Assembly: GCA_965202745.1 (NCBI GenBank)
Contig: CBDBCB010000012.1
Span: forward strand, 18,463 to 82,462
From: Alphaproteobacteria bacterium
GTDB taxonomy: Bacteria > Pseudomonadota > Alphaproteobacteria > Bin95
DNA length: 64,000 nucleotides
Reading direction: 5' to 3'
Numbering within the stretch: the stretch's first letter is position 1; each line of letters begins with the position of its first letter. The translations under genes and the position numbers were made by a program. Positions 25,330 through 33,505 of the stretch are shown one piece after another. The notes below the pieces were generated by a model. It was given only the letters and a program-made list of their open reading frames with translations. It searched no databases and was not told the origin of the DNA.

Positions 25330-25686
25330 CTATTTATCCTTCGGCTTCTCCGCCTCGTGGGCCAATCGGGCCACATCGTCCGCCGTCATTCCCTTGGTCG
25401 TCCTCAGAAGCGCCGCCAACTCGCGGGGATGACCCCGAATGATCTCGGTCAGGTCGGAGGACACCTTGCCGGCCAACGCCAACAGCTCGTCTTGATCGCG
25501 ACCCAGAATTTTTGCGATGGCGATCACCTTGTCCTCGGCCGGCGGCTGGAACTCGTCCCGTTCGACTTTCGAGAGATAGGTCGGGCTGACGCCGATCATT
25601 TTTGCCATTTCCCGCAAACCGATCTCCTTCTCCTCCCGCTCCCGGCGCACAGACGCACCGAATTTCAGGCTCCTCCCGCTGGTCAT
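25330..25686 (-). CDS. XRE-family helix-turn-helix transcriptional regulator
   Basis: IGLREMAKMIGVSPTYLSKVERDE, a classic HTH_3 motif. Confidence 0.85.
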   Translation of the reverse strand: MTSGRSLKFGASVRREREEKEIGLREMAKMIGVSPTYLSKVERDEFQPPAEDKVIAIAKILGRDQDELLALAGKVSSDLTEIIRGHPRELAALLRTTKGMTADDVARLAHEAEKPKDK

Positions 25687-25786
25687 GGTTTCGCTCCTCC
25701 AATGTAGAGCGATTACATAACACTATACGAGACGATTGTCAATATGTTGCGGTGACCGCCGTCACCTTGCCGAAAAGTGGTGAAAT

Positions 25787-26902
25787 TGTGCGTGCTTCTT
25801 ACAAGCGCGGAGAAGCGTCACGCGGCTAGCCGCAGCTCGCGGACATCCTCCAACAGGCGCCGAAATTTCGGCTCCGGAGCAAGGCACATGGTTCTATATG
25901 TTTCCAAGAAGGGAAGGTAATATGGCTGTTTCCTGACCAGCTCTGGTTTGGGTTTGCGCCATCCCTTCATTGCCTGCAAGGGCGTCTTGCTGCCCAGGGC
26001 TGATTGCGGCAGCGGCTGGGTGTAAAGCCAGACATAGCGAAGCAGCGTGGCTTCCAGAACCTCGCCGGATCGGAAGGGATGGCTCTGCAGAACCTCTTCG
26101 ATGCGGCCATTGAACCGTTCGACCATACCGTTGGTCTGAGGTGACCTAGGCAGCGTCAGGCGATGATCGATATCGAGGGCGGCGCCCAGCGTGTCGCATT
26201 CATGCGCGCCTGTTGCGGCGCGCTGGCGCAGACCGAAGAGGCGATCCGTGAACTCTTTTCCATTATCCGGGAGTATGGGGCGGATCCGCATCGGGCAGGC
26301 GCGCTCCAGGGCGCGCAGGAAGCGCCGGGCATTGGCCGCTGTCTTGCTGTTGTAGACCCTGACAACAACCCAACGCGTTGCCCTGTCGATGGCCACGAAG
26401 AGGGAACGGCGGCGGCTCTCATCTGCCATCGGTGGCAGGTATTTCAGGTCGATGGGGATGGAACCGGGTTCATAGGCTTTGAAGGCGCTGTGCTTTGGCC
26501 GGGGCGATGCTGCTTTCAGGGCGCGCAGGGGCCCCACGCCATGCCGACGCAAGCAGCGGTCAAGGCCAGAGCGGGAGGCCTTCGGGTTCAAGAACTCGCG
26601 CACCACCGCCAGCAGATCATCCAGCGAGACCAAAAGCGTCTTGCGGAGGGCCACCGCGACAGCTTCCTGCGCTGGCGTCAACGTCGTCTGAAGGCGATGG
26701 GGCGTGTGGCTGCGATCCTCCACGCTGGCACGCTGGTGCCATTTCCATACGGTCTGTTCCGTGGTCCCGTGACGCTCGGCAAGAACCCACGCAGGGTCGT
26801 CACTGGCCTGTATGGCCGCCCTGATCTTCGGTGGCGTCGTCGCCTGACTGTGAAGCTTGATCACCATGTCGCTCTCCCATCCCGCGCCTCGGTCAAAACA
26901 CA
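25787..26902 (-). mobile_element. IS481-family insertion sequence (boundaries approximate)
   Basis: Contains an intact IS481-type transposase. Ends were guessed from TGTG termini (25787 TGTGCGTG..., 26902 ...AAACACA). The inverted repeat match is weak. Confidence 0.5.
25818..26867 (-). CDS. IS481-family transposase (DDE integrase core)
   Basis: N-terminal HTH (HGTTEQTVWKWHQR) and an rve-type core with DNGKEF...TNGMVERFN. Confidence 0.9.
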   Translation of the reverse strand: MVIKLHSQATTPPKIRAAIQASDDPAWVLAERHGTTEQTVWKWHQRASVEDRSHTPHRLQTTLTPAQEAVAVALRKTLLVSLDDLLAVVREFLNPKASRSGLDRCLRRHGVGPLRALKAASPRPKHSAFKAYEPGSIPIDLKYLPPMADESRRRSLFVAIDRATRWVVVRVYNSKTAANARRFLRALERACPMRIRPILPDNGKEFTDRLFGLRQRAATGAHECDTLGAALDIDHRLTLPRSPQTNGMVERFNGRIEEVLQSHPFRSGEVLEATLLRYVWLYTQPLPQSALGSKTPLQAMKGWRKPKPELVRKQPYYLPFLETYRTMCLAPEPKFRRLLEDVRELRLAA

Positions 26903-26909
26903 GCGTGCC

Positions 26910-27414
26910 ATGAAAAACGCAGAGCGACGAGGGGCTATCCGATTAGCCGGGATGGAACACTTAGTACCAGCCGCAGCCATGGCGGAAACCGCCAATGTGA
27001 TCAAAGCAGAATCCGATGATGCGCTGGCCAAACTGTATTCCAGCAATGGCGTCGCCAGGGAGCTCAGCGAGACTGCCAAAGCGGTTTTGATTTTCCCGGA
27101 TGTCACCAAAGCTGGCTTGATCATCGGTGGCGCCCGCGGCGTGGGCGAGTTGCGCATTGGCGGTGTAACCAAGGGTTACTACCAGACCAATTCCGCCTCC
27201 ATTGGCTTCCAGGCAGGCATCGAGAACCGGTCGGAAGTGATTATGTTCATGACCGAAAGGGCACTGAAAAAGTTCCTGCAAAGTGACAATTGGCAGGCAG
27301 GCGTTGATGGCTCCATCACCGTCATTGAAAAAGGCGTCAGTGGCTCGGTCAATACCAAAAACCAGACCCAGCCTATCATCGGCTTTATCTTCGGCAATGA
27401 AGGTCAGAATCCGG
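26910..27414 (+). pseudogene. SYLF (YSC84-like, DUF500) domain protein, 3' end cut off by IS256
   Basis: MKNAERRGAIRLAG...AAAMA signal-like N-terminus, then a SYLF-type core (AVLIFPDVTKAGLIIGGARGVGEL...GFIFGNEG). The frame runs straight into the IS256 inverted repeat at 27415. Confidence 0.7.
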
Positions 27415-28742
27415 GAGTATCCGACGCTCTGTGTATGAGATTTAGCCCATGGGAGTTTGACGGGTCATTGATTGACCCGTTCTGGGTATAGAATAGCGAA
27501 CTGGTTTCGGGCAGCAACCCATTGTCTGACGGCCCTGCCTGTCTTCTCAAAGCTGCCGATTGCCAGATAGATCAGTTTTGTCGCGGCGGCGTCGGTTGGA
27601 AAGCTGCCCCGTGTTTTGGTGGTCTTTCGGATCACCCTGTTGAGGCTTTCGATAGCGTTGGTCGTGTCGATGATTTTGCGCCCGGCTGGTGGGAAGGCGA
27701 AGAACGGGATGACTTCCTGCCACGCCCGCCGCCAACTCGGGGCGATTGAGGGGTATTTTTGGCCCCATTCGTCTTCGACCGCCGCGCGCGCTTTCTCGGC
27801 CTCTTTGTCATCTGTGGCTTGATCAATCGGCTTGAGAGCCGATGCGACGATCTTGCGGTCTTTCCAGCCGCAGAAGTTCAGGGAATGGGGCACGAGAGGC
27901 ACGATACAGGGTTGCACGGTGGTGTCGGGAAAGGCCGCATTGATGGCATCTGGGAAGCCCTTGAGGCCATGGACGACGGCGATGAGGATGTCTTCGACGC
28001 CGCGATTGCACAGGTTGTTCATCACCGAGAGCCAGAATTGGGTCCCTTCATTGTTGGCGATCCAAAGCCCCAGAACCTCGCGTTCGCCCTCGGGGGTGAC
28101 GCCCAATGCCCCGTAAACAGCCTTGTTTTTGACCTGGCGGCTTTCTGGATCGCGGATTGTGACCCCAAGCGCGTCGAGGAAAACGAGGGGATACATCGGC
28201 TCCAGGGCGCGGTTTTGCCAAGCGGAGACCTCCTCCAGAACGGCGTCGGTGACACGGCTGACCAAGTCTGCCGACCCCTTCAGCCCATAGACCTCTTCCA
28301 GAGGGGCGCGAATGGCGCGGGTCGACAGACCCGCCGCGTAAAGCCCAATGATCTTGTCGTCCATCCCGTCAATCCGGGTCTGGCCCTTCTTGATCCGCTC
28401 AGGCTCGAAACGGCCTTCCCGGTCGCGAGGGACATCAATTGGCAGCGCCCCAGCCTTGCCTTTCAACGTCTTGCGCGAAGGGCCATTGCGCCGGTTGCTT
28501 TGGTTGGCAGGCTCTTCGCCGGGTTTATAGCCAAGATGTTCGGTTAGCTCAGCCCCCAGCATCGGCTCCATCAACGGGACCTTCCGTTCCTTCATCAGAC
28601 CCTGATCGCCCAGCAAATCCTCCGGTCGTTCAACGCCGCTCAGCAGCTCGTCCAGTAGTTCCTGGGAAATCGTCATGGTCGGCATGCTCCTTCGTGAATG
28701 AAGCAGGGACTGAATTACTCACACACAGAAAATCGGACACTC
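27415..28742 (-). mobile_element. IS256-family insertion sequence
   Basis: Terminal inverted repeats GAGTATCCGACGCTCTGTGTATGAG (27415->) and GAGTGTCCGATTTTCTGTGTGTGAG (reverse complement from 28742) match at 20 of 25 positions. No flanking 8-bp duplication. Confidence 0.8.
27465..28685 (-). CDS. IS256-family (mutator-type) transposase
   Basis: 406 aa with N-terminal ELLDELL...LTEHLGY and the conserved IS256 core. Confidence 0.9.
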   Translation of the reverse strand: MPTMTISQELLDELLSGVERPEDLLGDQGLMKERKVPLMEPMLGAELTEHLGYKPGEEPANQSNRRNGPSRKTLKGKAGALPIDVPRDREGRFEPERIKKGQTRIDGMDDKIIGLYAAGLSTRAIRAPLEEVYGLKGSADLVSRVTDAVLEEVSAWQNRALEPMYPLVFLDALGVTIRDPESRQVKNKAVYGALGVTPEGEREVLGLWIANNEGTQFWLSVMNNLCNRGVEDILIAVVHGLKGFPDAINAAFPDTTVQPCIVPLVPHSLNFCGWKDRKIVASALKPIDQATDDKEAEKARAAVEDEWGQKYPSIAPSWRRAWQEVIPFFAFPPAGRKIIDTTNAIESLNRVIRKTTKTRGSFPTDAAATKLIYLAIGSFEKTGRAVRQWVAARNQFAILYPERVNQ

Positions 28743-29043
28743 TCGTATCTGGTCGAGAACGAAGCGTGACAGCCACTTCCGCACCCAAAGCCGAGCTTAG
28801 TGCCCTATTCTGCACTCAGCCGCACTCGACCCCTGATGGGGCGAGGACGCCCCTGTCGCCCCAATTGATCGCCGTTGCGCCCTTCGGCGCGTTGTCGCGG
28901 CTCACACCCCAGGACGGCCGATGCTCCGGCTTTGTCGTATCGCGCAGAACGGGCTTTTCCTTCTCGTTGTCCACTCAAACGCTCCCAACTCCCGCCATAG
29001 CCACAGATTAACGGCGACTCGCGGCAAAACGGAACAGCGATGT

Positions 29044-30700
29044 TTAAGAACGCCAAGACAGTGTTGAATTTTCCGGAACATACCAGAGATCTCTGATCTG
29101 GGTATCATCACTGTTGGGAGTCGGATCGGCGTTTCTGACGCGGAAAGTGGTCGGAATTTTTACAGCACTTCCGAAAATCAGCGCGTGCTGTTTTGGTAGC
29201 GATGGCAAGCGCTTCAGAACCGTTTCCGAGATGAATGGCGTCATCTGCTTGATCTGCGATAGGTCGTCGGGGTTTTGGATGCGATGGATGATGAAGTTGT
29301 TACACTGCGAGAGAACCGTCTTCGAGAGCTCGCTCGGCCGTTGCGAAGCGACAATCAGGAAAGCCCCGTATTTCCGGCCTTCTTTGGCAATCCGCTGAAA
29401 GGTTACGCCTGCGTCTATGGCAAAGCGGCTGGGGCGTTCGGAGATGTAGCGATGAGCCTCTTCGAGTATCAGATGAACCGGCATCTTGTTGCGGGGCGTC
29501 GCACGACGCATCCGGTCGAAGATTAACCTGGCAACAACGGCAGATGCGAGCTCGACAATCTCGTCGGAAGCATCGTTTAGGTCGATGATGCAGATTTGAC
29601 GATCTTTCCGGTAGCTTGTGCCCTCCCATGCAAGACTAAGAAGTCGATCAACGAAGTGCGTCGGCTCCCTGTCGTGATCTTCTAGGTCTTCAACAGAAGA
29701 TCGCAAAACCTCAAAGTCGGGGTTGTCAGAAACAGATTTCAACCGCGTCACCATCTGCGAGCAATAGTCTCTTATTTGCTTGTTTCCGTTCGCATCTTCG
29801 TAGTGCAGGGCGAGATCGAGTGCGGCTTGAAGTCTCTCGAAGGAGAATGGCTTGTTTGCATATGTTAGCAGGACAGGTTCGTCCTGAACAAAACGAGACA
29901 GAAACTCAGACAAACCAACGGCATCGGCTAGCGATCCATAGTTTACCTTAAATTGGTGCCTGATCTGGGGGATATTGATCTTATCGGTCTTGAAGACCGC
30001 GAGGATGGCCGCGAGGCGATCTGACTTGCTCGGGCTGCTGGCATCATTCTGAAGAATCGCCAACAAGGTTTTAGCCAAAACGTGATTTTGAATGGTGGAG
30101 ATGCCAGCCGTATCCTCGATGATGCCATCGTCTTGCTTAGCGAAAAGTGTGGTCAGCCCGAGCGCCGTGCGAAGGGCAGGCTTCTGAGACCGTTCACTGG
30201 TGCGCAACAAGAGAGCCCATTCGTCGACGGTCATAAACCAGTGAGGTCGTCGAAAACGGCTTATTTCCTCGGCTCCGAGAATACTCCGCGTAGAATCTTC
30301 GATGACTGCCCCTGGATCAGTTGCTTTGAGATAGCTCGAATTTATCGGACACGACAGCTTGTCGAGTACTTGCCGGTACTCACCATTGACATCGAAGAGC
30401 ACGAACGAAGCGCCAATCGCCCAAAACTCTTCTAGTCTATCAAATACGGACTGAATAATCGAAGCCACAGTGCAGGACTTTCCGCTTCCGGTATTTCCAA
30501 GAACCGCGACATGCCCGCCGAATAGCGCGTCAAGCTGCGCCTTCACAGGATAGTCATTGAAGACCGCTGACGTGCCTATCTCGATTGTATGGGGAACCGT
30601 GCCCTTCTTTGCAGCCCCCTCGGCGTCGGTCTTTGTCTCCCAATCTGCCGGTTGCTCCACGTTGAAGATTCGGTCCAGGTCTTCATCGCGCGCATAAAGG
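29044..30700 (-). pseudogene. HerA/FtsK-type ATPase (DUF87-like), C-terminal ~550 codons, separated from its 5' part by IS3
   Basis: Walker A VLGNTGSGKS and Walker B VHLILEEAHRY. The first ~100 codons of listed ORF 29044..31011 are antisense IS3 sequence. Confidence 0.85.
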
Positions 30701-30763
30701 TGGACCTGTCGCGGTTTGATGCCGCTCCTTTGATAGCATTTACTGCAACAAAGGAGACTGACT

Positions 30764-31039
30764 ATGGGACTGAAACGGACAGACGACTTTCGCCAGGATG
30801 CGGTGCGGATCGCGCTGACAAGCGGGCTAACGCGTAAGCAAGTGGCCGACGATCTAGGTGTTGGCATGTCAACACTGAACAAATGGATCACCGCGCATCG
30901 AGACACAGACGTGGTTTCCAAAGAGGATTTGAGCCTCGCCAAAGAGAATGACCGGCTTCGGCGGGAGAACCGGCTCCTGAAGGAGGAGAGGGACATCCTA
31001 AAAAAGGCCACCCAGTTCTTCGCGGGCCTAAAGCAATGA
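30764..31039 (+). CDS. IS3 transposase OrfA (HTH)
   Basis: 91 aa with an HTH and a leucine zipper (LRRENRLLKEERDILKKA). Confidence 0.9.
   Translation: MGLKRTDDFRQDAVRIALTSGLTRKQVADDLGVGMSTLNKWITAHRDTDVVSKEDLSLAKENDRLRRENRLLKEERDILKKATQFFAGLKQ
31000..31006 (+). other. A AAA AAG slippery heptamer for programmed -1 frameshifting (OrfAB fusion)
   Basis: AAAAAAG lies near the end of orfA, and orfB is in the -1 frame relative to orfA. Confidence 0.7.
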
Positions 31040-31893
31040 GGTTTAGGTTCATCGAAGAGCCCCGTGACAGCTTTCCAGCCAAACGCTTATGCCATGTTGT
31101 CGGTGTCAGCCCGCGCGGATTGCGGGCTTTCCGCACCCGTCCGGCCAGCCGCAGACAGCGGTCTGATATGGTGACGTTGGCGCACATCAGAGAGCAGTCG
31201 CGTCTCAGCCTGGGCCGGTATGGTCGGCCAAGAATGACCGAGGAGCTAAAGGAGATCGGCTTGGATGTTGGCCACCGCCGTGTTGGCAGGTTGATGCGCC
31301 AGAACGGCATATCTGTTGTTAGAACACGCAAGCACAAAGTGACGACAGACAGCGATCACAAGTTCAACATCTCACCGAATTTGCTGAATCGGGACTTCAC
31401 AGCGGGCAAGCCCAACCAGAAATGGGCGGGCGACATCAGTTATGTTTGGACGCGGGAGGGATGGCTGTATCTGGCAGTGATCCTGGACCTGCATTCCCGG
31501 CGCGTCATCGGCTGGGCCGTCAGTAACCGGATGAAACGCGACTTGGCCATCAGAGCGCTAAATATGGCCATTGCCTTCCGGGCACCACCGAAGGGCTGCA
31601 TCCATCATACAGACCGTGGCAGCCAATATTGTTCTCACGACTACCAGAAGATCCTGCGCCAGCATGGGTTCAAGGTATCGATGAGTGGAAGGGGAAACTG
31701 CTACGACAACGCCGCTGTCGAAACCTTCTTCAAAACCATCAAGGCAGAGCTGATCTGGCGACGGTCCTGGGAAACAAGGCGGCAAGCTGAGATGGCAATC
31801 TTCGAGTACATCAACGGCTTCTACAATCCGCGCCGCCGTCACAAAGCACTGGCTTGGAAAAGCCCCGTCGCCTTCGAACGAAAGGTGGCTTAA
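31036..31893 (+). CDS. IS3 transposase OrfB (DDE integrase core)
   Basis: rve core with WAGDISYV...HTDRGSQY...DNAAVETFF. Confidence 0.9.
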   Translation: MRFRFIEEPRDSFPAKRLCHVVGVSPRGLRAFRTRPASRRQRSDMVTLAHIREQSRLSLGRYGRPRMTEELKEIGLDVGHRRVGRLMRQNGISVVRTRKHKVTTDSDHKFNISPNLLNRDFTAGKPNQKWAGDISYVWTREGWLYLAVILDLHSRRVIGWAVSNRMKRDLAIRALNMAIAFRAPPKGCIHHTDRGSQYCSHDYQKILRQHGFKVSMSGRGNCYDNAAVETFFKTIKAELIWRRSWETRRQAEMAIFEYINGFYNPRRRHKALAWKSPVAFERKVA

Positions 31894-31934
31894 ACGAGCA
31901 CTTGGGGCGGCACAAAAGCGTGACAGGTCCAAGG

Positions 31935-32290
31935 GCGTCTGCATAAAGCGGGGGAAACGTCGAGACACCGAATTTGAAGGAGCCTCATTGGACAGGCATG
32001 GAGCCAACCGGCACGACATCGAGGAACTTTGCCGCAGTGGCTTTGTCCATTTCCGCCCCGTTGCCGTAAGCTGGCGAAAAATCCTTCTCGCGGAGGCCGA
32101 TAACTTCCAAGACTACATACTCGGATTGGGTAGGCACCATCAGATACGATCCCAAGGTCGCGACGTAATGGACATCATCGAAGCCAACGACCGTGAAGTT
32201 GTCGCTGCCCCTATGCAGCTCGACGACTAGGCGATCCCCCGAAACGCTGACGATCTTGCCTATGGCACGGCTCGCATCATCCCTCGCCAT
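31935..32290 (-). pseudogene. HerA-type ATPase, N-terminal HAS-barrel part, with in-frame TGA at 31985-31987
   Basis: MARDDASRAIGKIVSVSGDRLVVEL...LGSYLMVP is a HAS-barrel pattern. Removing 30701..31934 joins this frame to 29044..30700 (...PPLYADA|LYARDEDL...). Confidence 0.8.
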
Positions 32291-32540
32291 TTTCGCCACC
32301 TTGCTGCTTTGAAAGCAGCTGCTTAAAAACCTTCTCGATAGCCTGCTCTTCTTTCTGACCCGCACTCGTTGGCATCAAATCCTGCACGATGCTGTCAAAG
32401 TAGTGAGCTTTCTTGCCCGTCTCCTCGTCGCTGCCCCAGATGAACCAAATTCTCGGGTCGCCTAGTTCGGCGAGCTCCGTCAGGCTTAAGGAACGCGATC
32501 AGGCGGAAGCTTGGAAGAGTAAACCCTTGAAAAATGATAC
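32277..32540 (-). pseudogene. 3' remnant (87 codons) of the gene upstream of herA; truncated at the IS1595-like inverted repeat, with an in-frame TGA at 32499-32501
   Basis: The frame VSFFKGLLFQASA*SRSLSLTELAELGDPRIWFIWGSDEETGKKAHYFDS...GENGEG* is open right up to 32540. Its stop overlaps the herA-like start region. Confidence 0.5.
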
Positions 32541-32562
32541 GCAATTAGTAGTTAAGGGCTTA
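32541..32562. repeat. left terminal inverted repeat GCAATTAGTAGTTAAGGGCTTA
   Basis: Matches the reverse complement of 34937..34958 at 20 of 22 positions. Confidence 0.7.
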
Positions 32563-32608
32563 ATCCTTTGCGCATTTGATGCTATATATGTTGCACACGG
32601 AGGAAATC

Positions 32609-33505
32609 ATGAACATCACCAGCGTTTTTTATAAGTTTCCGGATCAGGAAGCCTGCATTGCGCATTTAGAAAAAGTTCGCTGGGGCGATGATCCACATTG
32701 CCCGCATTGCGGGGCTACAAACGTGGCTTGTAAAGATGATCAAGACCGCATTGGCCGATGGAACTGTCATGGATGCAAATCCAGCTTCAACGTCCTGGCT
32801 GGTACAGTCTTTGAAAAAACCAAAATACCCCTTCAAAAATGGTTTTTGGGTGTTGCCTTGATTGTTAATGCCAGGAAAAGCCTATCAAGTTGTCAGCTTG
32901 CCCGTGATCTAGATATGAATCAAAAATCAGCATGGTTTATGCAGAAACGCATCCGCGCTGAAATGGCAAGCAAGCAGGGTGAAATCCTGTTACAAGGAAT
33001 TGTTGAAGCTGACGAAAGATATGTAGGTGGTAAACCACACAAGCGAAATAAACGTTTTGATAACAATGATTTACCTCCTCCACCTCCTCCGCGATGAAGA
33101 GGGACACGCAAAACGTCGGTTATTGGCGCGGTAAAACGCGGCGGTAAAGTCGTTGCCCGTGTCGCCAGCAGTCTGACTGGCAAGGACATTCTAAACTTCA
33201 TTCGTAGCAGCGTCGATCCCGAAGGCTCGCTGCTGATCACTGATGAATTCAAGGCTTACAGCGCTGTTCGGGCAACCATGGCGCACGCCACAATCAATCA
33301 TAGCAAGGGCGAATATGTTTTCGGCAACATCCATACCAACACCATTGAAGGCTTCTGGTCACTTCTCAAACGGGCCTGGTACGGATCGCATCATCATTAT
33401 CGAAAATGCTATATGCCGCTCTATGTCGCGGAAGCATGCTGGAAGTACAATCAACGCAAGAACGACAACGCCTTCGGGTCTTTTATGCGGGGATGCTTTA
33501 AATGA
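32609..33505 (+). pseudogene. IS1595-family (ISXO2-like) transposase with in-frame TGA at 33095-33097
   Basis: N-terminal zinc ribbon (CPHCG...CHGCK) and C-terminal DDE region (ITDEFKAYS...TNTIEGFWSLLKR). Both halves are in one frame (..PPPPPPR*RGTRKTSVIG..). GGAGG lies 6 nt upstream of the ATG at 32609. Confidence 0.8.

Larger units (their letters stand above)
30701..31931 (+). mobile_element. IS3-family insertion sequence (1231 bp)
   Basis: Inverted repeats TGGACCTGTCGCGGTTTGATGCCGC and TGGACCTGTCACGCTTTTGTGCCGC (reverse complement of the right end) match at 21 of 25 positions. 3-bp direct duplication AGG at 30698-30700 and 31932-31934. Confidence 0.9.

Noticed and set aside
25787-26902. 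Precise IS481 inverted repeats and target duplication
   Set aside because: Only the TGTG termini and a shared GCGCGG block could be aligned. The match is too weak to state boundaries or a duplication with confidence, so the coordinates are given as approximate only.
26163-27491. 442-aa plus-strand ORF
   Set aside because: It is a chimera. Its first ~250 codons are antisense to the IS481 transposase, and its last codons run into the IS256 inverted repeat. Only 26910..27414 is a genuine (SYLF) coding segment.
28743-29043. 300-bp non-coding stretch between IS256 and the herA-like stop, with small GC hairpins (for example GGGGCGAGGACGCCCC at 28838-28853)
   Set aside because: No convincing ORF, terminator with a T-run, IS end or RNA motif could be recognised. 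It is most simply leftover DNA from the IS256-associated rearrangement.
30701-31011. N-terminal ~100 codons of the 655-aa ORF 29044..31011
   Set aside because: These codons are the antisense strand of IS3 (inverted repeat and orfA). The real herA-like reading frame resumes on the other side of the IS.
33071-33097. Suspected slippage frameshift in the CCT/CCA (poly-Pro) run of the IS1595 transposase
   Set aside because: Both halves of the transposase are in the same frame. The lesion is a single TGA codon (33095-33097), not an indel.
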